A stretch of 64,000 bases of DNA from an uncultured delta proteobacterium. Lineage in GTDB: Bacteria; Desulfobacterota; RBG-13-43-22. Below the pieces are notes generated by a model, which saw only the letters and a list, made by a program, of their open reading frames with translations, made no database searches and was not told the DNA's origin. How positions within the stretch are numbered: the first letter of the stretch is position 1; each line of letters opens with the position of its first letter. A program made the position numbers and the translations under genes. The stretch spans positions 772 to 64,771 of the forward strand of contig CAVQSS010000025.1 of the NCBI GenBank assembly GCA_963716045.1, written 5' to 3'. Of the stretch, positions 10,197 through 18,057 are shown one piece after another.

Positions 10197-10528
10197 AAAT
10201 GCTAAACCATGTGCCCTTGGGTTTCCTGGCCTTGGTCCTGTTTTGCCTGGGGAGGTGCGGGGAAGCGGATGGCCTGGAAGGGCGCTATCGGGCTGAATTC
10301 CAGGATAAGGCCCAACTCCAGGTGATCACCCTGGAGTTGGGAAGGACGGGCCAGGGGACCTGGAAGACCGGAGGAGATCAGGTCTCTTTTAAATGGGAGG
10401 TCAAGGGGACGGGGGTTCGCCTGCACACCCGGGAGGGAGGGGTGCTCGCCGGCAGGGTGGGAAACAACACCATTGATCTGCAGCTTCCGGGAATGCCTTC
10501 CCTGACTTTTAATAAAATGGCTCGTTGA
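10193..10528 (+). CDS. Small exported hypothetical protein
   Basis: 111 aa. Signal-like MKMLNHVPLGFLALVLFCLGRCGEA. ATGA overlap with the MauE-like gene. Confidence 0.5.
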   Translation: MKMLNHVPLGFLALVLFCLGRCGEADGLEGRYRAEFQDKAQLQVITLELGRTGQGTWKTGGDQVSFKWEVKGTGVRLHTREGGVLAGRVGNNTIDLQLPGMPSLTFNKMAR

Positions 10529-10544
10529 CTGGCCTGAATTTTTC

Positions 10545-10678
10545 GCGGCGGGAAGGAAGACACCGGCCCGGTCCGGTCCGTCAGCGAAGCCCTGGGCCTG
10601 GAAGTACGGGTCCCGGAAAATCCCCGGCTCACCGCCGCCCTCGGCGCCGCCTGCCTGGCGGAGGAAAATCAACCCTGA
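10545..10678 (+). pseudogene. Orphan 3'-terminal remnant of an activase ATPase gene (duplicate of 3170-3301)
   Basis: ~90% nucleotide identity by eye to the last ~125 nt of gene 2513-3301. It encodes ...VRSVSEALGLEVRVPENPRLTAALGAACLAEENQP*, identical in its last 30+ residues. There is no upstream gene body. Confidence 0.85.
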
Positions 10679-10781
10679 GCTTTGCCTGGAAATCTTTCCC
10701 ACTCCTGGATTATCCTTCACTGTTTTATTTTTTGTTTTATAATGGACCGAATTCTGGTCAACCATAAAAGAGGTCTTTTTA

Positions 10782-10960
10782 ATGAAAACCTTGTCTTTAT
10801 CCGAAGTGAAGATGAAGTTGAGCGGTCTGGTCGAGATGGAAGACCGGCCGCCGTGCTCGTGAGTCCGGATGAGTTTGATAGTTGGCGGGAAACCAACGCG
10901 GTCCGCTCCGACTCCGCCTTAATGGATGAAATACGATCCGGGCTGAATGCAAAGCATTTA
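10782..10960 (+). pseudogene. Phd/YefM-type antitoxin relic (internal deletion plus frameshift)
   Basis: ATG 10782 after AAAAGAGG gives MKTLSLSEVKMKLSGLVE, then a stop. Another frame continues RPAAVLVSPDEFDSWRETNAVRSDSALMDEIRSGL. The ~15 aa normally between these motifs are missing. No toxin gene follows. Confidence 0.6.
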
Positions 10961-11025
10961 AAAATTCCCTTCATCTACCCCCTCAATTGTTTTTTTTCTC
11001 GGGCATTGCCGACAGGAGACACTCC

Positions 11026-11908
11026 ATGGAACTGAATTCAGACCTGGTCGGAACGGCACTAAAACCCTACCAAAGGGAAATTACCTGGCGGGAGACCATG
11101 AATTATGCCGCCGCCGTGGGGGATGACAACCCCTGGTATTTTGACGACGAGCAGGATCCGGGGGTTGTCGCCCCGCCCCTGTTCAGCGTGGCCGTTACCT
11201 GGCCTATCCTGGAGCGGATCTGGGAATTTATCGACACCGACCGGTTCCCGCCGGAGGTCCTCTTCACCCAGGTCCACTATACCGAACACCTGGTCTTCCA
11301 TCGCCCCCTCCGTCCCGGCGATCATTTGACCCTACAAGGCAAGATCGCCGCCATACTGCCCCATCGGGCCGGGACCCAGGTGGTGATCTGCTTTGAGGCT
11401 TTGGACCGGGAGGGCCAAAGAGTTTTTACGGAGCACACCGGGGCGTTGATGCGGGGAGTGTCCTGCACCGGGGGTGGGCAGGGGCAGGAGGCCCTCCCGA
11501 TTATCCCTTCCTGCCCGGCAGAGGACCGGTCCCTTTGGGAAACGACCCTCCCCATCGACCCCCTGCTGCCTTTCCTCTACGACGGCTGTGCCAACATCTA
11601 TTTCCCCATCCACACCTCCAGGAGTTTCGCCCACCAGGTCGGGCTGCCCGGGATCATCCTCCAGGGGACCGCCACCCTGGCCCTGGCCGCCCGGGAGATC
11701 CTCAACCGGGAGGCCGGTCGGGATCCCTGGAGGCTACAGGCCTTCTCCGGTCGCTTTACCGGGATGGTCCTGCCCGGAACCTCGATCCGGGTCGGATTAG
11801 TGGGTAAAAATCCCCAACCCGAGGGGACCGATCTGCACTTTGTGGTCTACAACGCGGAAGGACATGCAGGCCATCAGCAAAGGACACGCCTTCATAAAAA
11901 CCTATTAG
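11026..11908 (+). CDS. Double hot-dog MaoC-like (R)-specific enoyl-CoA hydratase/dehydratase; 3' end apparently frameshifted
   Basis: ATG 11026, 7 nt after AGGAG. The body shows MaoC_N-like and MaoC-like halves. The shifted frame after ~11866 gives ...DMQAISKGHAFIKTY* with TAG at 11906-11908. In the given sequence the frame instead runs on into the next gene. Confidence 0.7.
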
Positions 11909-11916
11909 GAGGAAAC

Positions 11917-13623
11917 ATGAGCACTCCCTTCGTTAAACTCCCCTTGATCAATTCCTATATCGAGCATTGGGCGAAAATTTTTCCGGATAAGCCGGCCATG
12001 ATCCAGCACGAGGACGGGAAAACCTTAACCTATAAACGGTTTCTTTCCCTGATCGACTTCTTCGCGCTGCGCCTGCTGGATATGGGTGTCCGGGAGGGAG
12101 ACCGCGTGGCCACCCAACTGGTGTTGATCCCGGAACACCTGATGCTGATCTATGCCTGCTTCAAGATCGGGGCCATTGTTTCTCCCCTGGACCTGCGCCT
12201 CAAGGATGAAGAGGTCGTCCGGGACCTGAACAAGATCAATCCCAAGGTCTTTTTCTTCCTGGGAGAGACCCCGGTCAGGGATTTCCGTCAGGTCGGCCAG
12301 GCGGTTAAAACGCACTGTCCTTCCGTTGAATTTCTGGTGCAGTTTACGGCCGACCCGAAGCCCGGGGAACTCCTGGACGGGGCCTGGTCGATCACCGGGA
12401 TGATGGACAAAAAGAAGCTCCTGGTTTTGAAAATCAAGAACCTCTTTACCCGAAGGCTGGAAAAGGCCTACGGACAGGTCAAACCCCGGACCCCGGCCTT
12501 GATCATCTATACCACCGGGACCACCGGCGATCCCAAGCCGGCCCTGCTCTGCCACGAGAACATCATCACCCAGAACGAAATTCTGGCCCGGGGAATGGAC
12601 GTGGGCCTGGGCAGCGATCTGCGTATTCTGATCAACCTGCCTCCCAGCCATGTGGGCTGTCTGACCGAATGCTTCATGACCACCATGGCCCTGGGAGGTA
12701 CGACCATCCTGCTGCGAATCTTTGATGTCAAAATGACCCTGGAGGCCATTCCGAAGCACCGGGTCAATGTCCTGGGGCAGATTCCCACCCAATACCGGAT
12801 GCTCTGGAACCATCCGGACTATCCGGGCCTTGATCTGAGCAGCCTGCGTTTCGTGGCCTATGCCGGGTCGGCGGTGGATCTAAGTTTTCTGAAGAAACTC
12901 TCCGGAATGGCCCCTGATTTCGGCACCGGCATCGGCATGACCGAAAATGCCGGTTTCGCCACCTTTACCCCTGTGGGGATCCCGCCGGAGGAAATGGTCG
13001 GTCAGGTGGGACGGGCCTTTCCCGATCTGGCCGAGGTGACCGTCCGCCAATCCATGAATCCGGACGGGAGCGCCGGGGAAGAAGTCCCCGACGGGGAGAT
13101 CGGGGAGATCTGCTATCATCCGCCTATAGTTTTCCTGGGGTATTTCAACCTGCCCCTGGAAACAGCCAAGACCATTTCAAAAGAAGGGATACTCTATACC
13201 GGGGACCTCGGCTCCTTCAAAAATCTGGGAACCTACCGGGCCCTCTTCCTGGCCGGTAGGCGGAAGTTCGTGATCAAGCAAAAAGGCTATAACGTCTTCC
13301 CGGACGAAGTCGAAGCCCATATCGGTCGGCTGCCCGGGGTGGAGGTGGCGGAAGTGGTGGGGTTGGAACACCGGATTTTCGACGAGGGGATCTTCGCCTT
13401 TGTGCGCACCCTACCGGGGGCAACGTTGACCGCCGAGGAGGTGCTGGCCCACTGCCGGGACATCGCCTCCTACAAGCGGCCCCAGCATGTGGAGCTCTGG
13501 CCCGCCGGCCGGGAATTCCCGATCACCCGCAGCACTAAGGTGGACAAGCTGGCCTTGCAAAAGCTGGCCCAACCTATCGTGGAACAACTGCGCCGGGAAG
13601 GGAAGTGGGACTCTCCCGCCTAA
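11917..13623 (+). CDS. AMP-forming acyl-CoA synthetase/ligase
   Basis: ATG 11917, 6 nt after TAGGAGG. AMP-binding motif IIYTTGTTGDPKPALLCHENI, plus YTGDLG and the C-terminal KVDK lysine region. Confidence 0.9.
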   Translation: MSTPFVKLPLINSYIEHWAKIFPDKPAMIQHEDGKTLTYKRFLSLIDFFALRLLDMGVREGDRVATQLVLIPEHLMLIYACFKIGAIVSPLDLRLKDEEVVRDLNKINPKVFFFLGETPVRDFRQVGQAVKTHCPSVEFLVQFTADPKPGELLDGAWSITGMMDKKKLLVLKIKNLFTRRLEKAYGQVKPRTPALIIYTTGTTGDPKPALLCHENIITQNEILARGMDVGLGSDLRILINLPPSHVGCLTECFMTTMALGGTTILLRIFDVKMTLEAIPKHRVNVLGQIPTQYRMLWNHPDYPGLDLSSLRFVAYAGSAVDLSFLKKLSGMAPDFGTGIGMTENAGFATFTPVGIPPEEMVGQVGRAFPDLAEVTVRQSMNPDGSAGEEVPDGEIGEICYHPPIVFLGYFNLPLETAKTISKEGILYTGDLGSFKNLGTYRALFLAGRRKFVIKQKGYNVFPDEVEAHIGRLPGVEVAEVVGLEHRIFDEGIFAFVRTLPGATLTAEEVLAHCRDIASYKRPQHVELWPAGREFPITRSTKVDKLALQKLAQPIVEQLRREGKWDSPA

Positions 13624-13716
13624 CGAATTACGGTCTTGTTTCACGATTGGTACGGTTCCCGGGCGTGGTCCGGTTCCCACCATGGTCGCCGGGTCTCGGC
13701 GCCCATTGTAGTTACA

Positions 13717-13905
13717 ATGGCCTTTGAATGGGACGAAAACAAGACCCTGCCAGTCCGGCCTCATTCGCCCCGGCAGGGGGGCAGCGGCCGGCCCGGAGCA
13801 GATTTAATGGCCTCGATCCCCGGATCTTTAGCGTGATGGAGGGTCACGAAGGCATCCTGCCGCGGCTCTCGTATCCCCCCATACGGTTTTCCTCGGGTGA
13901 GTGAT
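13717..13905 (+). pseudogene. Possible BrnT (DUF497) toxin relic
   Basis: Starts MAFEWDENK (the FEWDxxK signature). Later motif-like pieces (LDP..., IRFSSGE) appear only in another frame. No intact ORF. Confidence 0.3.
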
Positions 13906-14146
13906 GAGTTACCCCCCTTGCGCCCTCGCTCCTGACAACGTACATCCCCATTCGGAAAGGAGTGATAGGCAGGCAGCAATTCAACCAATTCACGAACGTC
14001 CCCAAAGTTCTCCTCTTGCTCCTCCTCGGCGGATTCTTTTCTGCCCATTGGATGGCCTCATCGAGATCTCTGTAGTTTCCCTACAGAGGAATTCCTCCAA
14101 AGAGACCCCATTATCCAAATAAAAGTTCGGGTTGTTTTTCCGGCTA

Positions 14147-14677
14147 TCAGACTTTGCCGCTTTCGACCGGGGTCGAAAGACCCAGAAATTCCCTCCTGGA
14201 AAGGTTCAATTCCTCCGGTTTGCCGTGGGGCGTTGTCACTATCAGCACCGGGATGGGCGCAAGCCGGACGACCTTTTCGGCAACCGAACCGAAGAGGAAA
14301 TGCGGCAGTCCGGTACGTCCGTGCGTGGCGATCACGATAAGATCCATTGTTTGATCCTGGGCGAGTCGAAGGATTTCCTCGACGGGATGGCCGAGCGCTA
14401 CCAGGGGATAGACCGAAAGGCCTTTGGGTAACCTTTGCTCGATTACCTCCTGCAGGATTTTTTTAGAGCCCTTTTTCAGTTCTTCCTGGTAGAGGGAAAT
14501 GTCCAAGGCCGGCGTCGTTTCCGGACTCAAAAAATTAGAGAGCGGGATCGGCGAGATGACGTGCACCAGATACAGATCGGCCGAAAAATGACCGGCCAGC
14601 TCGGCTGCCGCTTTCAACGATTCGTAAGAGGGATCGCTGAAATCGGTCGGGGATAAGATTTTTTTAAAGGGCAGCAT
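14147..14677 (-). CDS. Universal stress protein (UspA family)
   Basis: Start MLPFKKILSPTDFSDPS. Motif DLIVIATHGRTGLPHFLFGSVAEKVVRLAPIPVLIV. Confidence 0.85.
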   Translation of the reverse strand: MLPFKKILSPTDFSDPSYESLKAAAELAGHFSADLYLVHVISPIPLSNFLSPETTPALDISLYQEELKKGSKKILQEVIEQRLPKGLSVYPLVALGHPVEEILRLAQDQTMDLIVIATHGRTGLPHFLFGSVAEKVVRLAPIPVLIVTTPHGKPEELNLSRREFLGLSTPVESGKV

Positions 14678-14690
14678 TTCTCTTCTTCCC

Positions 14691-14966
14691 CTATTTGTAA
14701 TAACAGATATAAGCCACGTCGGCCGGGGCGTCGATATCGAAAGAGGCCTGGGGCGGAACAACGAAGGAGTCGTTCCGGGTGACCAGCCGCCAGGAGCTGC
14801 CCGGCAGCTTCACCTTCATGGAACCGGCGATAATAGATAGATGCTCTTCGGAATCGGTGGAAAAGGTATATTGCCCGGGCTCGATGACCCCGACGGTGGC
14901 GCAGCCTTCCGGCGTAGTGAGGCCCAGGCTTTGGACCTTTCCGTCAAAATAGGAATTATGCTTCAT
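14691..14966 (-). CDS. ppnP: Pyrimidine/purine nucleoside phosphorylase PpnP (DUF1255, cupin)
   Basis: 91 aa. MKHNSYFDGKVQSLGL...GVIEPGQYTFSTDSEEHLSIIAGSMKVKLPG matches the YaiE/PpnP pattern. Confidence 0.8.
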   Translation of the reverse strand: MKHNSYFDGKVQSLGLTTPEGCATVGVIEPGQYTFSTDSEEHLSIIAGSMKVKLPGSSWRLVTRNDSFVVPPQASFDIDAPADVAYICYYK

Positions 14967-15175
14967 GAGGATCTTTTCTCCTTTCCACGCTGATTTTTAG
15001 GCAGCGTTCTGGCAATCAGGATAGCAGAAGCGGCAGTTAAAGACAAGGTCCGGCCAGGGATTAAATAAGAGAACTTAATCGCCGAGGAATTTAAGAGAAG
15101 TCCCGGACTTCCCTTTCTGCCACCCAAAAAGTGTTCCCGCACTCCCTACCCCCTGAAACCTATCCCCTTTTTTTG

Positions 15176-15203
15176 TTGACTTCCTACAAAACCTTTCTAT
15201 ATA
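15176..15203 (+). promoter_or_regulatory. Candidate sigma-70 promoter
   Basis: TTGACT (15176-15181), 16 nt spacer, TATATA (15198-15203). Lies in an AT-rich gap ~150 nt upstream of the DUF4388 gene. Confidence 0.45.
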
Positions 15204-15350
15204 CCTATACCTGTTCGGCGATTATCGGGCGCTCTTTTCTGAAATTCCCTTCCTTAACTTAATACGATAATAAATACGAATTCGGAGTCTTTCGCAGGGT
15301 TGGCGCTCCCGCCGGCCAGGCCTGGGCTCGCAGCGGGAAAGGATACACCT

Positions 15351-16160
15351 GTGTTCAAGGATTTGATCGGAGATCTTTCGGAAATAAGATTATTCAACCT
15401 GGTAAAAAACCTGGTGGACGGAAAAAAGTCCGGACTGATGGCGGTCAAGGGTAAAGAGGCGGCGGAGTTATATCTTGAGGGGGGCCAGATCGTCCACGCC
15501 CGGACCGACACCCTGAACGGAGAAGAAGCGATCCGGCCCATTATGGACCTGGACAACGGACGGGTCACCTTCAATTGGCGGACGTCGCCCGAGGAACGCA
15601 CGGTGCGCCTGCCCACCGAGCAGATCATGTTGAATTGGTCCCAACGGGAGGAGGAGTGGAAGAGGATCAGGCAAACGGTGCCTTCCGCCGAGTGCGTCTT
15701 CCGCCTGGTGGTAGATAGCGGCGGCGAAGACCGGATGATTCCGGCCGGACAATGGGGCGTGCTGGCCCTGTGCAACGGGAGGCGAACCGTCTCCGAAATG
15801 GCCGGTCGGCTCGAGCGACCCGTATTGGATGTTTCGGGCACCCTCTGCGCTCTGGTGGAAAGAAGTCTGGTCGAAAGAACAGCGGCCGCCGATATTCCCC
15901 CAGCGGAGCTGAGGACCACGGTTGACGAGGCTTTTTTCGAGGCCGCCGAGACGGAACTCAAGAAGGTGGTGGGACCCATCGCTCGGATCATCCTGAACGA
16001 TACCCTGGCGGCATTTGAGGAATCCCGGGAGGCCTTCCCGAAGGATCGGGTGAAGAGTTTCATTTCCACGGTCTGCGACCAGATCGCGGAGGAGCCGAAA
16101 CGGGAAAAGTTCGGCAAGGCCATTTATGTCGCCTGGCTTTCTTCCTTTGAAACCAGTTAA
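15351..16160 (+). CDS. DUF4388 (PatA-N-like) domain protein
   Basis: GTG 15351 gives MFKDLIGDLSEIRLFNLVKNLVDGKKSGLMAVKG...LYLEGGQIVHA...GEEAI, the DUF4388 pattern. The ORF-track TTG start at 15300 is also possible. Confidence 0.7.
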   Translation: MFKDLIGDLSEIRLFNLVKNLVDGKKSGLMAVKGKEAAELYLEGGQIVHARTDTLNGEEAIRPIMDLDNGRVTFNWRTSPEERTVRLPTEQIMLNWSQREEEWKRIRQTVPSAECVFRLVVDSGGEDRMIPAGQWGVLALCNGRRTVSEMAGRLERPVLDVSGTLCALVERSLVERTAAADIPPAELRTTVDEAFFEAAETELKKVVGPIARIILNDTLAAFEESREAFPKDRVKSFISTVCDQIAEEPKREKFGKAIYVAWLSSFETS

Positions 16161-16185
16161 GCACTCAAAACCAGGAGGATCGATC

Positions 16186-17190
16186 ATGACGGAAATATCG
16201 AAGGGCGAGGGGGGCATTCCGGACCAAATCATGGGACCATTCAGACAGCGGATCGACCGGTTAGGGTTAAAGGGGACCCTGCTGCTGGGGATCTTCGTCC
16301 CCATTCTGATCGCCTTCCTGGTCATCTCAGTTCTGCTTTTCGTCGATGTGGGCCCGTTGGTCAGCATCCGGGCCCTCGGGTCCAACAGTCTGAAGGAACT
16401 GGGCGCCGCCAGTATCAAAGAATCCGTCGCTTCCCTCAACAAGCTGGGAGAGAAGATCATTCAGGAAAAAGCCGAGGGGGTGGCCCGCCAGATTGACATC
16501 TATCTCGAATCCCATCCGGGCCTGCCGGAGGCGGCCCTGGCCAACCAGACGCGCCTCCAGGAGATCGCCATCCAGCGGGTCGGTGAAACCGGCTATACGG
16601 CGGTTCACAACAATAGAGGGATCAACTATTTTCACGTCAACCCGAAAATCGTGGGAACCGACCTGCATAAGCTGGCCGGTAAAATGCCGGAATTCGTCAA
16701 GGTCATGGAAACGGGACTGAAAGGGGCTTCGGGCGGCTATTACCAATGGACGGACATCGATGGAAAGGTGCGGCCCAAGTACATGTTCAGCGCCCCGGTG
16801 GAAGGCACAAATCTGATCGTGGCCGCCACGACCTACATAGATGAATTCGGAAAACCGGCCGGCGCCATCCTGGCCAAGGTGGACCGGATGCAGGCCGCGT
16901 ACGCAGAGCGGTACAGAAACCGGTTCCTGATTTTCCTGGCCATCGTTCTGATCGACCTGGCCGTGCTGCTGGTGGTCATCTACGTCTTTTCGTCTTCCCT
17001 GGTCCGGCCGATCCGCCGCTTATCGGAGGCGGCCGATCGGATCAGTATGGGGGACCTGGAGGCGACCGTGAACGTGGAGGGGGAAGGAGAGGTCGCCCGG
17101 TTGGGACAGTCGATCGAGCGGATGCGGACCAGCGTTAAAACCGCCCTGGAGCGGCTGGAGAACCGACGACCGATAACCATTCGCAAATAA
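16186..17190 (+). CDS. Membrane sensor with Cache-like extracytoplasmic domain and a HAMP domain but no output domain
   Basis: ATG 16186 after AGGAGGA. TM1, a ~250-aa periplasmic region (YTAVHNNRGINYFH...YYQWTDIDGKVRPKYMF), then TM2. HAMP LVRPIRRLSEAADRISMGDLEATV. The protein ends ~40 aa later. Confidence 0.7.
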   Translation: MTEISKGEGGIPDQIMGPFRQRIDRLGLKGTLLLGIFVPILIAFLVISVLLFVDVGPLVSIRALGSNSLKELGAASIKESVASLNKLGEKIIQEKAEGVARQIDIYLESHPGLPEAALANQTRLQEIAIQRVGETGYTAVHNNRGINYFHVNPKIVGTDLHKLAGKMPEFVKVMETGLKGASGGYYQWTDIDGKVRPKYMFSAPVEGTNLIVAATTYIDEFGKPAGAILAKVDRMQAAYAERYRNRFLIFLAIVLIDLAVLLVVIYVFSSSLVRPIRRLSEAADRISMGDLEATVNVEGEGEVARLGQSIERMRTSVKTALERLENRRPITIRK

Positions 17191-17203
17191 AAGGAGGAAG
17201 GTT

Positions 17204-17818
17204 ATGAAAGGGCGTAACGGGCCGAAGTGGGCACTCCCCTTACTCGGGCTGACAGTCTTCCTGTTCTGTTTCTGTTTCGATGAACTGGTTTTCGGTCAGG
17301 GAAACCCCAAAGCCGCACAGGATACCCGGCCGGACCTTCCGTCCGACACGGATCAGCCACCGGCCATACCGGTGGGTGCCCTGACGATCCTCCGAACCGG
17401 GAACGGACGGGGGAAGGTGACAACCAGTCCCGCCGGGCCCTTCTTTAAGAAAGGGACGCTGGTGACCCTGTTAGCGCTTCCCGCCCCGAATTCCGTATTC
17501 GAGGGCTGGAGCGGAAACTGCACAGGATTCTCCCGCACCTGTACGGTCATCCTGTCAACCGAACGGACTGTCACCGCCAACTTTTCCCTGAAAACCTACA
17601 CGATCCAAGTCCGCCCCTCGATTAACGGGGTCATTTATCCATACGGGAATATAAAAGCAGGTCACGGGGAGAAGCGAAGGTTCCAGATTATCCCCCTGCC
17701 CGGCTACCGGGTTTCCGAGGTCCTCGTGGACAAGGTGGCGCAGGGGCCCATAAACTCCTATACTTTCAAGGAGGTCACGACCGACCATGTCCTGGAAGCG
17801 ATTTTTATAAAACAATAG
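17204..17818 (+). CDS. Secreted protein with divergent InlB B-repeat type domains
   Basis: Signal peptide present. GRGKVTTSPAG..FKKGTLVTLLALPAPNSVFEGWSGNCTG..RTCTVILSTERTVTANF, followed by a second repeat-like unit. Confidence 0.65.
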   Translation: MKGRNGPKWALPLLGLTVFLFCFCFDELVFGQGNPKAAQDTRPDLPSDTDQPPAIPVGALTILRTGNGRGKVTTSPAGPFFKKGTLVTLLALPAPNSVFEGWSGNCTGFSRTCTVILSTERTVTANFSLKTYTIQVRPSINGVIYPYGNIKAGHGEKRRFQIIPLPGYRVSEVLVDKVAQGPINSYTFKEVTTDHVLEAIFIKQ

Positions 17819-17836
17819 GGGGACCATCGGAAGAGG

Positions 17837-18032
17837 TCATAGGCTTCCGCACCAAACTTCCTGCCCCTGTTGAAAGGAGGCCGTTAGGACTTTTTGAGAT
17901 TCAACCGTGGCCATAACATTAGGAATTGGATTCCCCGCGATCAGTTCAAAGCCCGGTGGAACGTAAAAGGCAAAATCCAATTCTTTTTCTTTGTTGGATG
18001 ACACCTCGGAAAAAGAAGGGTTCGGTTTTCAT
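17837..18032 (-). pseudogene. Small ORF (~65 aa) broken at a T/C-rich run
   Basis: ATG 18032 preceded by AGGAGAACATC. MKTEPFFF then shifts. The other frame continues SEVSSNKEKELDFAFYVPPGFELIAGNPIPNVMATVESQKVLTASFQQGQEVWCGSL*. Confidence 0.3.
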
Positions 18033-18057
18033 GATGTTCTCCTAATTCCGATTGATC

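Noticed and set aside
10987-13623. Accepting the 878-aa ORF as a natural bifunctional hydratase-ligase
   Set aside because: The linker is encoded by an intact RBS-plus-ATG region, and the hydratase has a natural C-terminus and stop in the adjacent frame. It is kept as two genes with a flagged indel.
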